This document shows, piece after piece, positions 1-10,987 of a stretch of DNA of 64,000 bases. A program made the translations under genes and the position numbers. Location: positions 504,166 to 568,165 of the forward strand of contig CAWDBO010000021.1 of NCBI GenBank assembly GCA_963800615.1, given 5' to 3'. The notes beneath the pieces are model-generated. The model made no database searches and was not told the origin of the DNA. It saw only the letters and a list, made by a program, of their open reading frames with translations. The number at the start of each line of letters is the position of its first letter. Position 1 is the first letter of the stretch. The DNA comes from an uncultured Chloroflexia bacterium. Lineage in GTDB: Bacteria > Chloroflexota > Anaerolineae > CG2-30-64-16.

Positions 1-1045
1 CACTTCCTTCGGGCCCGCCAGCCATAGCGCTGTTGCCACGATCCGCCACTCGATCGAAGCCTTGGCGAGCCGGCAGCACGCCGTTCCCAATCACGTGTGC
101 CCGGTCGCCTTAGTACAGCGCGCTTCCTCCGGATCGCGTCGAGCGAAGCGGCGCCAAGCAGGACGACGCCAATCACGATGCCTTGTGCATTGGTCTGCAC
201 ATTGGCGTTGAGCAGGCCCATGCGGATGATCTGAATGAGCGCTGTCCCGAAAAGCACGCCGATAATGCTGCCGGTTCCGCCCTGCAGGCTGCCACCGCCA
301 ATGATGACAATCGCCAAAACCCACAGCAGCCACCCGTTTCCGATCTGCGAATCGGTCGTCCCGCTGTAAGCCATCACTAAGATGCCTGCCATGCCGCAAC
401 AAACGCTCACGAACACGAAGCAAAGGGTCTTGACCAACGTGACGTTGATGCCTACAATCTGCGCAGCCCGGCGGTTACCCCAACGGCCCTCAGGGTCGGG
501 CCCAACTTCGAGGTCCTCATCAGCAGGTCGCCGATAACGTAGGCGATGAGAAGTGACGACGAACCCACGGTAAGGCCAGGATGGCGAAGTTGGACCAGCG
601 TCTTCATCAACACCGGGATATCGTCCGCTACATAAATCCACGCGCCCTTCAGCATCCAAATCGCCAGCCCGCTCACCATGAAGCTGGTGCCAAGCGTAGC
701 GAAGAACGGAAGGCATCCGGATCTTGAGCACGATAAACGCGTTGAGCAGCCCCACCAGCACCGCGCCAGCAGCGCCGCACCGTACGCGGCAGGCTCCGAC
801 CACCCTGGTTCATGATCAGCACCCCCGCGAGGGCTGCGCTCAGTGCGGCGGTGCCGCCGCTCGACAGGTCGATTTCGCCTGCGATCATGAGGAAGCCCAT
901 CGCAAAGGCGGCAAGCCCGAGAAAGGTGCCCTGGAACGCCATGCGCACCAGGTTCTCCGGGTTCGCCATGCTGGAATTGGCCGCCGTGAAGATGAGGAAG
1001 AACAGCGATGACGGCCGCGAGGACGCCCAGCTCGCTCACGTTCAA
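1..1045 (-). pseudogene. ABC sugar-type permease (RbsC/branched-chain family) remnant, interrupted by several frameshifts; 3' end probably runs off the window
   Basis: Minus-strand pieces 452..1045 and 673..969 carry permease motifs (IAGEIDLSSGG, GTSFMVSGLAIWMLKGAWIYV) in different frames; no single intact frame. Confidence 0.35.
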
Positions 1046-1142
1046 GCAGGCGTTTCCACAACGACTGTCTGTACTCCACAGGGGAAACTGCGTTCTCTGT
1101 ATCGAATCATCGGCCGATCCTGGAACTAACCGTCTACGATCC

Positions 1143-2027
1143 TCAGGCCCGCAGAACCACCGGGTTCTCCAGCGCGCCGACCTTCTCGATCTCGACCCTT
1201 ACGACATCGCCGTGCCGCAGCCAGCGGGGGGGTGTCCGCGCCGCGCCGATGCCCGCCGGCGTGCCCGTGGCGATCACGTCGCCCGGCTCCAGCGTCATCA
1301 CGCAGCTCATGTCCGCGATCAGGTGCGCGATCGGGAAGATCATCAGGCTGGTGTGGCCCTCCTGCAGGACCTCGCCGTTGATCACCGTGCGAATCCACAG
1401 GTTCTGCACATCCGGGATTTCGTCCGCGGTGACAAGGGCGGGTCCCATCGGGCAGAAGGTGTCCGGCGTCTTGCCGATCACCCACTGGCCTGTCCGGTTT
1501 TGCCAGTCGCGTGCGCTGACATCGTTCAAGGGGAAATAGCCGCCGACGTACTCTAGCGCCTGCGCCTCAGGGATTTCGCGGCCCCGCTTGCCGATCACCA
1601 CGGCCAGCTCGCCCTCGTAGTCCGGCTTCTGCACCGCCGGGGGAACCACGATCGCCTCGCCGTGCGCGATCACCGTGTTGTTGTACTTGGCAAAGATGAT
1701 GGGATAAGGCGGCGCGGAAGCGTTCGACTCGTGCGCGTGCGCCAGGTAGTTCTGCCCGATGCAGATGATCTTGCCGGGGCGGGGAACCGGGGCCTTCAGT
1801 TGTAGGGTGGCGGGATCCAGGCTTTTGTCCGGCGCCGCAGCAGCCACGGCCGCTTCGGCAAGCCCGAGCGCTTCTGGTCCGGCTTCGAGGAAGGCCAGGA
1901 TGTCGGCCGGCAGGCGAGGGTCGAGTTCGTTGAGGTCGTATACCCTCTCGCCGAGTTCGCTGGTGACCAGGGCTCCGAGCCGGTCGCCCGCTGTGGAGTC
2001 GCGGTGGGTAAAGGTGACTAGCTTCAT
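1143..2027 (-). CDS. Fumarylacetoacetate hydrolase (FAH) family hydratase/decarboxylase/hydrolase
   Basis: ORF 1143..2192; in-frame ATG at 2027 (MKLVTFTH...); FAH-fold motifs (GKIICIGQNYLAHAHE, GTPAGIG); 295 aa intact. Confidence 0.75.
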   Translation of the reverse strand: MKLVTFTHRDSTAGDRLGALVTSELGERVYDLNELDPRLPADILAFLEAGPEALGLAEAAVAAAAPDKSLDPATLQLKAPVPRPGKIICIGQNYLAHAHESNASAPPYPIIFAKYNNTVIAHGEAIVVPPAVQKPDYEGELAVVIGKRGREIPEAQALEYVGGYFPLNDVSARDWQNRTGQWVIGKTPDTFCPMGPALVTADEIPDVQNLWIRTVINGEVLQEGHTSLMIFPIAHLIADMSCVMTLEPGDVIATGTPAGIGAARTPPRWLRHGDVVRVEIEKVGALENPVVLRA

Positions 2028-2201
2028 GCTTGTTCCGCTCCGTTGCGATGGTTCCAGGGGAATCAGGTTCCCGTGGGAATGAACCGCCAACTCGGGTGCT
2101 GCCTGTCGAAGCGGGCATCCGGAGTGGCGGCTGAAGCTGTTGCTGTTTTCGATCGCGGCCCTCGACGCCGTCCGCGTGCGACGTGCCCTCACGTTGTCTT
2201 G

Positions 2202-2897
2202 CTACGGGCCGGTCGCGTGCTCGTAACTCCCACTCACCAGGTTGTAGGCAACGCCCATGTGGCCTTCGTTGATGTGCAGTGCGACGTCCTTATCGCGGGC
2301 GCTGATCGCGTCCAGGATTTCCTGGTGGCCGCGGGCGGCCTGTTCCAGGTAATCACCGCTGGCCGCATTCCGGCTGAGCAGAAACACGTACATCTGGGGC
2401 CGCAGGATATTCCAGAAATCCAGTAGACGTTGGTGGTGCGCTGCCTGGTACACGGCTTCGTGAAAGCGCATGTCTAGCTCGGCCATGGCCTTCGCGCTGA
2501 CGTCCTGGTCCGTCGCTCCCGCCATCTCGTCCACAACGGCCTGCATCCTCTGGAGGTCTTCAGGCGTAGCGCGCACGCAGGCGTACTCAACCGCCAGCCG
2601 TTCGAGTGCCTTCCGCAGGCTGAAAACGTCGTCGAGTTCTTCGTGTGAAAGCCGGGCCACGTAGGTCCGCCCGGTAGGGGTAGTGACCACCAGGCCCTCG
2701 CGTTCGAGGATGGTAAGGGCCTCGCGGACGGGACCACGACTGACGCCCATCAGTTCGGATAGCGTCGCCTCGCGCAGAGGCTCTTCGGGAGCGAGTTGCC
2801 CGTGCAGGATCGCGTCACGCAGGCGCTCGCTGACTTCGTCGGCGAGCGGGCGCTTGACGGTCGGTGTCAAGATCTGCGCGAGGTTTTCGAGCTGCAT
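2202..2897 (-). CDS. GntR-family transcriptional regulator with FCD (FadR C-terminal) domain
   Basis: N-terminal wHTH (LADEVSERLRDAILHGQL...LSELMGVSRGPVREAL) plus C-terminal helical FCD domain; 231 aa intact. Confidence 0.8.
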   Translation of the reverse strand: MQLENLAQILTPTVKRPLADEVSERLRDAILHGQLAPEEPLREATLSELMGVSRGPVREALTILEREGLVVTTPTGRTYVARLSHEELDDVFSLRKALERLAVEYACVRATPEDLQRMQAVVDEMAGATDQDVSAKAMAELDMRFHEAVYQAAHHQRLLDFWNILRPQMYVFLLSRNAASGDYLEQAARGHQEILDAISARDKDVALHINEGHMGVAYNLVSGSYEHATGP

Positions 2898-3062
2898 AGG
2901 TCGGTAGGGTGAGATTGTGAAAATGTAAACAGGAATTTGTTAACCGTTTACGATTTGCAGAACCACAGTACCATACCGTCAAACCAGTGTCAAGGGCCTC
3001 AGAAAAGTTAATTTTGGCGCAAGCGAGCCGTATGGGATAGTCTCGCAGTTGGGACAGTTGCA

Positions 3063-3956
3063 CTATGCAAGGCCCATGAAGGCGTCGATGGCGGCCCGCT
3101 GTTGGGAGGTCAACGGCTGTAACGGCGACACGGTTTTGCCAGAGCCGATGCCCAGACGCGACACGGCGTACTTGATGCCTGCCAGCCACTGGTCCCCGGC
3201 GAGCGCCACGGACTCGCGGACCGCCGCGATGCGCGCGGCGCACCGCGCCAACTCCTCGTCGTCGCCGGCTGCGGCAGCACGGTAGGCCCCCAGGAAAGCC
3301 TCCGGGTCGTAGTTCGAGCAGCCGGGCACGATGCCCACCGCACCCGCCTTCAGCGCTGCCGGCATGTGCCGCTCGTCCCCCTGCAGCACCCGCAGTCCAA
3401 CCGCCGCGCCTTCCTGGATTAGCCGCGTCAGGTATGCGAGGTCGCCGGAGCTTTCCTTGATTCTCCGGATCCAACCCCTCCGGGCCAGCTCGATGACGAC
3501 CTCCACCGGGATGACCGACGACGTGCACGACGGGATGTTGTACGCGATAACGTCCATCTCCCCGGCATGATTCGCACACTCGCCGAACAGCCGCAGGAAC
3601 TCGTCCGGGTGGCGCAGGATGAGGTAGTAGGTCGGGGTGACGACGCAGTGCGCGTAACCCAGTTCGCGCAGGATTTTCACCTTGACGAGCACGCGCTGGG
3701 TTGACGTGTCCATCGCGCCGCCCAGCAAGTACGCCCGCTCGCCGACCTCGTCTCGCGCGATGGTCACCATGCGTTCCCACTCCCGCTCGGTCAGGAGCGG
3801 GCCTTCCCCGGCCGATCCCCCCACGAAGATCCCGTGTACGCCCGCCGCGATGAGCCGCTGGATCTGCGCGCGGAATGCCCCCTCGTCGACCCTGTCGTCA
3901 TCGTCGACCGGCGTAATGATGGGTGTGACAACGCCATGAAGTTCGCCTGTTACCAT
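3063..3956 (-). CDS. Dihydrodipicolinate synthase / N-acetylneuraminate lyase (DapA) family class I aldolase
   Basis: ORF 3063..3992 (alternative TTG start) with in-frame ATG near 3956 (MVTGELHGVVTPIITP); TIM-barrel DHDPS-family pattern (GIFVGGSAGEG, YNIP). Confidence 0.7.
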   Translation of the reverse strand: MVTGELHGVVTPIITPVDDDDRVDEGAFRAQIQRLIAAGVHGIFVGGSAGEGPLLTEREWERMVTIARDEVGERAYLLGGAMDTSTQRVLVKVKILRELGYAHCVVTPTYYLILRHPDEFLRLFGECANHAGEMDVIAYNIPSCTSSVIPVEVVIELARRGWIRRIKESSGDLAYLTRLIQEGAAVGLRVLQGDERHMPAALKAGAVGIVPGCSNYDPEAFLGAYRAAAAGDDEELARCAARIAAVRESVALAGDQWLAGIKYAVSRLGIGSGKTVSPLQPLTSQQRAAIDAFMGLA

Positions 3957-3998
3957 GATTGCTCCTCTTCCGCATTGACGAGATTGCTGCAAACGCTT

Positions 3999-5064
3999 TC
4001 AAAGGTCGATCGGGTAGGCCCCATACTCGAACGTGGCCTCCCGCATCGCGTTGAAGTTCTCCAGAGTGACATAACGGGTCGCACCCGCGCCGGAAGCAAT
4101 CCCATAACCACCGCCCGGGGCCAGCGCCTTGATCTTCTCGCGCACCTCCGCCCGCACGGCCTCCGGGTTGCCCCTGCCTTCAGTCAGCGTGTACCCCAGG
4201 TCGATGTTGCCGAAGAGGGCAAGCCTCCGGCCGTACTTCGCCCTCAGCTCGTAGATGTCCATCGCCTTCGGCTCGATCGGATGCAGCGCGTTCAGGCCGA
4301 GCGCGACGAGATCGTCGAGCACCTGCACGAGCCGCCCGTCCGAGTGCATGATGAAGGGCATGGCCGCGGCGTGCGCCAGCCCGGCGAGTTCCTCCATCCA
4401 GGGAAAGAAATGCCGCCGCAGCACCTTGGGCGAGGTGAGCAGGCTTTCCGTGTATCCCAGGTCGTCGCCGTACCAGACCGCCACGATGCCGGGGAGCTTG
4501 AGGAGGCGGCGGAGAACGGCCACCTGGATGCTGCCGACGCGCCGGGCGATAGCCGCCACCAAGTCCGGCTCGTCGATCAGCGAGGTCGAGAAGTGCTCGT
4601 AGCCCATCAGCATCCACGTGCGGGTGAAGATGCCGCCCACGCCGGTGATGATTCCCAGCCCGGGCGGCGCCAGCTCGAACGCGCGTTGGATGTGCGACAC
4701 GTCTACCGTCTCGGGATCGGGCCAGGGGTACGTCTCCATGTCGGCGAACGTGCGGATGGGTCCGGCCTGGTACGTGCCGACGGTCTCCTGTTCCGGCGCA
4801 ATCGAGTGCGCCCACGAGATGGGCGTGCCGCTGGCGACGACCGGCGAGCAGCCTGTCATACTCGTAGTTGGCCCGCAGGTAAATGAAGTCCATCCCCGCC
4901 TCAACCTGGAACGCCAGGTGGTCCTCCAGGGTACGGACGGGCCGGCCCATGAACTTGTCCTTGAGCGCCGTGTCGACGCCCAGCTCGGCCAGGGGAACCC
5001 GGTCGGGTTCTTCGAAGGCGATCGCTTGCAGCAGCCGCCTGTAGTCGGGGTCCGGTCGCATCAT
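3999..5064 (-). CDS. Uroporphyrinogen decarboxylase (UroD)-family methyltransferase, MtaA/MtbA/MtsA-like; one apparent frameshift near 4865
   Basis: N-terminal piece (MMRPDPDYRRLLQAIAFEEPDRVPLAELG...) in ORF 4180..5079 and C-terminal piece in ORF 3999..4904 (..HSDGRLVQVLDDLVALGLNALHPIEP..APGGGYGIASGAG) are in different frames; ATGATG start at 5064, 4 nt after the upstream gene's stop. Confidence 0.65.
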
Positions 5065-5068
5065 CCCC

Positions 5069-6191
5069 CTAACTCCCATACGTGCCGATTTCGAGGCCGC
5101 GTTCGACGAAGAAGCGGTAGGTTTCGTAGTCGACCAGCGGCGAGACGCTGTGGTCGACCTGCAGCACGTACCCGCTGCCGGCCATCACCGCAGGCAGCTT
5201 GGCCTGCAGCTCCGCCTCCACCGCCCCGCAGTCGTTCGTCTCGAGCACCCGCTCGTCCATCCCGCCGATCAACGCGATCTGCTCGCCGAAGCGCTGCTTG
5301 AGCCTGACCAGGTCCATGCCCGGCCTTCACCTCCAGCGGCTGCAGGCAGTTGATCCCCGCTTCGATCAGCGATGGCACAAGCGCCTCCACGTATCCATCG
5401 CAGTGCAGCACGACGGGGAGTCCCTGGCTGTGCGCGAAGTCGAACAGCTTCTTGTGCGCCGGGAGCAGCAGGCGGCGGTACATGGCCGGCGACATAAATG
5501 GCCGGTGCTTGAACCCCAGGTCGTCCCACACCCACAGCCCGTCCGGTCGCCCTTCGCGGCTGAACAGGGTCTCGAGCAGCCGCACCATGACGGTCATGTA
5601 GGTGTCTGCCATTTCCGCGACCCATTCGGGGTCCAGCGCCATGCCTGCTAGCAGGTGCTCGTGCCCGCACATGGGTGACATCTGGTCGAAGGCCCCGACC
5701 ACGCCGCAGGTCATGAACCGCTCGTCCCTCGCACACTTGTCCCGTGTTTCCCGGTACAGGCCGAAGTTGATGCGCCGCTCGTAGGTGGTCTCGTCCAGCA
5801 GCCGGGGACGGATGTGCTCTTCCCAGCCCCGCCGGTCCTTCACCGCAAAGTCGACGTGCTCCGGCGCGCCCGAGCTGCCCTTCAGCCAGCGCAGCAGCGC
5901 GCCGTTGCCGTCGCGCACCAGCTTGACCGTCTCAGTCTCCTCCACCGGCTGCTGACTTGCGTCCAGGTCCGCGATCAAATTGATCATGTGGTAATTGCCG
6001 GGAGTAATCTCCCCGCCGGTGCGGCGCACATCCAGCCCGAAATGGTCGCTCACCATCTCCGGCCTTGCCAGGTGGCCCTCCGCGGACCAGCGCTCGACCG
6101 TCTCGCGCCAGTAGACTTCAAAAAGCCCGATACGGTCGACCGGCTGGTGCGCGAGGATGCGGGTGAACCGCTCCTTGCTGCTAAGCGACAT
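5069..6191 (-). CDS. UroD-family methyltransferase (second tandem paralog); apparent frameshift near 5315
   Basis: ORF 5061..6218 body (MSLSSKERFTRILAHQPVDRIGL...VVLHCDGYVEALVPSLIEAGINCLQPLEVKAG) continues in ORF 5069..5317 (MDLVRLKQRFGEQIALIGGMDERVL...); ATG at 6191 with AAGGGAG RBS. Confidence 0.65.
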
Positions 6192-6278
6192 CCGATGAAT
6201 CTCCCTTCTGCTTGTCACGCCTTCTCGCCGCCAGACCTGGCAGGTTTCGCATCCTGCCGGAGCAGGGTCCTGTCAGGT

Positions 6279-6998
6279 CTATCCAGGTGGCGAGCCGGCA
6301 AGTTGGCCGTCTTGCAGGCGGAAAACGTGGTCGGCCAGCGCGTCGACCTGCGGATCGTGTGACGCGACCAGGACCGTTATCTCTTCCTCGTGCGAGAGCC
6401 GGGCGAAGAGCTCGAGGATCTCCCTGGCAGTCACGCTGTCCAGCTCGCCCGTCGGCTCGTCCGCTAGGATCAGGCGCGGGCGATTCGCGAGCGCACGGGC
6501 GATGCCCACCCGCTGCTGCTGCCCGCCCGACAACTCGTAGGGCCGGTGATCGCGCCACTTTGCCAGCCCGACGAGGTCCAGCAGGTCGCAGGCGCGCGTT
6601 CGCGGCGCTCCAGATAGCCGCCTCCGGCGATTCTCAGCGCGAGCTCGACGTTTTCGTAAGCCGAGAGGGTGGGCAGCAGGCCGAACGATTGGAAGATGAA
6701 GCCCACCTGCTCCGCCGCCAGCGCGTCAGCTCCCGGTCGTTCAGCCTCGCGATAGCGCTTCCGAAGACCCTAGACCGCGCCCGACGTGGGCGCGTCCAGT
6801 CCGCCAATGCAGTTCAACAGCGTGGTCTTGCCGCTGCCCGACCGGCCCTTCAGTGCGGTCAGGCAACCCGCCTGGATGGTCAGGCTGATCCCGCGCAGCG
6901 TGTGCACCTCGCGTCCGCTGCCACCGGAGCCCCCCACCCGGTACACCCGGGTCACGGTCCTCGACCTCCACTGCTGGCGTACGGGGCTCAGTCGTCAT
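6279..6998 (-). CDS. ABC transporter ATP-binding protein (MacB/LolD-like NBD), gene 1 of a tandem pair; 2 apparent frameshifts
   Basis: Walker A (GRSGSGKTTLLN), signature (SGGQQQRVGIARAL) and Walker B (LILADEPTGELD) spread over ORFs 6770..6955, 6470..6706 and 6279..6533; start ATGACGACTGA overlaps the upstream ATPase stop. Confidence 0.6.
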
Positions 6999-8051
6999 GC
7001 TCGCCTACGGGGGCATTTGCCGGGGTGCGCTCCCACCTCGCAAACGTAGCTGTCGCAGCCTTGCGAAGGGGCCACTCTCGGGACGCTGGAAGCCCAGGGC
7101 CAGCAGATAGTTCTCCCCGCGTGCCCGGGCCCGCCCTCGGCCGGAGCGAATGCGCAATCTCGTCCTCGCGCAACTCCAGCCGCACCCGTCCCTTTACTTT
7201 CGAAGCGCTCGAGGTATTCTTTCGGCACCTGCAGCCGGCCCGCCGCATCCACCACGACCAACTCCTCCAGGCCGGCCGTCGCCCCGCCCTCCGGTGCAGC
7301 CGCCTCGGGCCGGCCGCTTTCGTCCTGGCGCCGCGTGTCTCGGTCGACGTCGCAGGCCGTCGTGTATCGTGACCACCCGGTTCACCTTGTAGGCGATCTC
7401 CGGATCGTGGCTGACAATCACGGTCGTGACGCCGTAAGCCGCGGTTAGGTCTTGCAAGGCCTGGTATATCGTGGCGGCCGTGGCGCTGTCCAGCTCCCCG
7501 GTCGGCTCGTCCGCAAGGAGGAGGGCGGGATTATTGGCCAGCGCGACCGCAATGGCGACCCGCTGTTGCTCTCCGCCCGACATCTGCTGCAGCCGGTGGC
7601 GCCGCCGGTCGGCCAGGCCGACCGAGTGCGCAGCAGCTCTTCGGCGCGCTGCCGCTTGCGCCGGCCCGTCACGCCGGCCAGCGTCATCGGCAGCATGACA
7701 TTCTCGACGGCGGTCAGATAGGGGACCAGGTTGCGCGCCCCTTGCTGCCATACGAACCCCACTTTAGAGCGGCGATACCGGTCGAGAGCCAGAGATCGGA
7801 CAGCTTCAGCAGCTCGCGCGCCGTCGACCCACACCCGGCCCGCCGACGGCCGGTCGAGGCCTCCCAGGATGTTCAGCAGGGTGGACTTCCCGCTGCCACT
7901 CACGCCGACGATGCCCAGCAGCTCGCCGCGCATCGACCACGAGGTCCAGGCCCTGCAGGGCCACCACTTCGAGGTCCGCGATCTTGTAGATCTTGACCAG
8001 GTTGTCGCAGATGATCAGGGGTCCCTGATTTCCGGCGTTCGGCTCGCGCAT
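6988..8051 (-). CDS. ABC transporter ATP-binding protein with C-terminal extension (VVVDAAGRLQVPKEYLERF...RVRLELREDEIAH), gene 2 of tandem pair; frameshifted
   Basis: Pieces 7806..8051, 7445..7933, 7194..7751, 6995..7261 and 6988..7248 carry Walker A (GVSGSGKSTLLN), LSGGEQQRVAIAVAL and LLLADEPTGELD. Confidence 0.6.
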
Positions 8052-8053
8052 GG

Positions 8054-10963
8054 CTACACCGTCTCCCCCAGCTTAATCGCCTGGTAAATCTTCAGGCGCA
8101 GCAGCAGGACCCCGAGCACGACGAGAGCGACCAGGAACAACAGCCCAAACAGCCCGTAGATGCGGAACACCGCAGGCCACGCGATCTCGACGAGGAACGG
8201 CGGGACGCGGGCATCGGTGCCGGCGCCGACCTGCAGGTAGGGGATGAACAGCCGGCTGATCCACGCTCCCATGGCTGTGCCGATGACCAGGCCGGTCCCG
8301 ATCAGGAACACTAGCTCCCAGCCCAGGAACGCCGTCATCTGCCCGGCCGACAGGCCGATCGCACGCAGGATGCCCAGTTCGATGGTTCGCCGCCGGAAGG
8401 AGAAGAAGGCATAGAGCAGAAAACCCAGCACGGTCAGCAGCGCTGCCGCCGCAAAGCCGATCGAAAGGACGCCAAACAGTCCCTGCCGTTCGGGCCGGCG
8501 CTGTTCTTCCGCGATCTTCTGGCGCGGGGCATCCCAACTAACGACGTACAGGCCCGTTGCCCGAAGGTCCTCGACGATGCGTGCATAGTGCGCGACCTGC
8601 CCGTGCGCAGCCATACCCGGTAGGGCACCGTGTATCCGAGTTGCTCGAAATAGTGGTCCAGGTTGCCCACGAACAGCGGACCGCTGTCGGGGGACCAGGA
8701 AGGAAACAACTCAAACTGGCCTGCGATGCGCAGCTGGAGTTCGGTTGTGTTGCCGAAGCTGCTGACCTCGGTGCGGACCATGTCGCCCACCTTCAATCCG
8801 TACTCGCGCAGGTATCTCCCGCGGCATGAGGACGGCAGCCGGATCACCGGCGAGCAGGTTCATCAAGGTCCCCAGCGATTGGCTGCCCCGCACCGCGAAG
8901 TCCCGGCGCCAAAAGGCCACGCTTGGGAACGCGGCCCGGTCGAGGCCGAGGTAAGTTGCGTTGATGCGGTTTCCATTGAGCAGCAGGACCGCGGTGTACC
9001 TCCCGACTCGGGCCGCCGCCGTTACGCCGGGAATGCGAAGGTGATCGGCGATAGGAGGAAGAAGCCAGTGCTGGGTGTCTTCGACGGGAGTGCTCCTCGA
9101 CGGGTCCTCGATCAGCGGGTGCTGGCCTAACTCGTCGATGTCGAGGTCGGAGCCGGCGACATAGTAGCTCTTGTCACGCAGATGATGATCCAGCGTCGTG
9201 GCCAGCGAGGCCGTGAAGGCAGAAAGACTGAGCGTGAGGACCAGCAGGAGCAGGGGCGCACTGTAGAAGCCCGGGGCCCGGGCAAGATGGCGGATTGCCA
9301 GGAGGAACCCGGTGCTGCGGGTCCGTGCGACGACCCAGACAACCGCCCGCATCAACAGCGGCAGGATGCGCAGGACCAGCAGGGTGCAGGCGAAGACGGC
9401 CAGGGCCGGCACGAGAAACAGCAGCGGGTTCTGGAACGGGTCATTCGGTTGAACAGCGGTGGACGACGACGGGAGTTGGCCGGCCGCAGCCCCTGCCGGC
9501 CCGCCGATTGCGCCTTGCTGGCGGAGCAGGTAGATGCCATAGCCGGTCGGGATCAAGAGCAGCACGTCGATCCACATGCGCTGCCACAGCGGCGGCTTGA
9601 GCTCCCGAGCTCGCTCCTGCTTGTAGGTCACGATGGTATGCCGGGCTGCGGCGAACGTCGGGATCAACTGGATGACCAAGGCCAGCCCTGCCATGATCAG
9701 GCCGAAACGCAACGTCGAAGGCGTCATCCGGATAGGTGCGTCCGAAGAGGCTTCGAACAATAGAAAGCTGCGGGTCCGGCTGATGATGCCGGCAAACAAC
9801 TCGCCGAGCGGCCAGGCCAACGCGAGTGAGATCGCGTCGAGCAGCACCGCCTGAAGGGCAGCAATGCCGATCACTTGCGCCGCTGTCGCTCCCCGGCTGC
9901 GCAGGACGGCAATCTCGTTACGCTGCGCCCCTACGGTCAAGCCGGCTACGAGAGCGATGAACGCCAGGATGAGCCCAAGGATCGGGATACTGAAGGCAAG
10001 CAGCTGGATGGTCAGCAGCGCTGACGCGCTCTGGAATCGGGCGAGCGCGTCGAGAGGGGACACGGTGAGGGTCAGTCCGGGCAGGAGGCCCGCTGCCTCG
10101 GCCTCGACCGCCCGGATGCGCCGGGCCACCCCATCCGCGTTGCTCGCGGCCACCTGGCTGCCATTCAGGACGACGTACCACACAGCCACCTGAACCGGAT
10201 CGCGCATCAGCGGCACCAGTTGCTCGGTGTAGGTCTGGTCCGGAACCATGAACACGTCCGTTAGAGCCCACGGCTTGTAAAACCAGTAGTCCTCGGTCGG
10301 GTCACGCGGCGTCCAGATGCCTGCGATCCGGATTGGGATGAGCAGCGGAGTCGCTCCCGCGCCGCCGGTCTCGCCAACCAGCAAATACGTTTCGTCGACC
10401 TGGTACCCGAGCTTGGCGGCCTGCTCCAGCGCTGACCAACACCTCGAAGGGCTGCCCCGCGGGGGCGGTCACGGCCGGCAACCGCCCTTCTGTCAGCGTG
10501 ACATGATCCTCAAAACCCTGGGCAGCCCCGATCGTCATGATCCCAAGGCGGTTGCGGAGCGTGAACCGTTCGGCAGTCGTCCCCGCAGGGAAAAGGCTCA
10601 GCTGGTCGGAACGCAGGAAGCGGACGCGCTCCTTCTCGGGCAAGCCGAACGACGCGCCCGCCTTCTTTACCCAGGGTACGCGTCGACGGCCTGTACTGCA
10701 GGCCATTTGGCCGGCCGGCTGCCGCTTGCGAGCTGGCGGAACAGGATGGCGAAAGGCGGGTACGGGTCGCCCTGCTTGGCTTGATCGAGCAGCGCGCGGG
10801 TCAGCGTGCGCCCGTAGACGGCGTCCGCGTACAAGGGCACGCTCAGCGCGAGCGCGATCGCCACCGTCAGCCCAGCGATCGTGAGCAGGGTAAGCCGCCA
10901 CTGTGCGAGCACGCGCTTGGTCGCAATGGTGAGCATCGAGCCGAGGCGGAGCAGAAAAGCCAT
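8054..10963 (-). CDS. Large ABC transporter permease with two FtsX domains (MacB/DevC-like, about 970 aa); at least 3 apparent frameshifts
   Basis: N-terminal TM plus periplasmic region (10667..10963, 10302..10901), central 557-aa piece (8711..10384) and C-terminal FtsX domain (8434..8847, 8054..8614), all collinear on the minus strand. Confidence 0.55.
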
Positions 10964-10987
10964 CGCGCGCCTTGCGGCGCCTCCTCC

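Noticed and set aside
6212-7372. Long plus-strand ORF (386 aa) and many similar 150-650-aa ORFs on the strand opposite to, or in other frames of, recognised genes (e.g. 24198..25724, 30702..32108, 39686..41332, 55251..56798, 56177..58090, 61318..62652, 36886..37869)
   Set aside because: Low-complexity Arg/Pro/Ala/Gly-rich translations with no family resemblance; they overlap genes with strong homology on the other strand. In 65-70% GC DNA, stop-free alternate frames are expected by chance.
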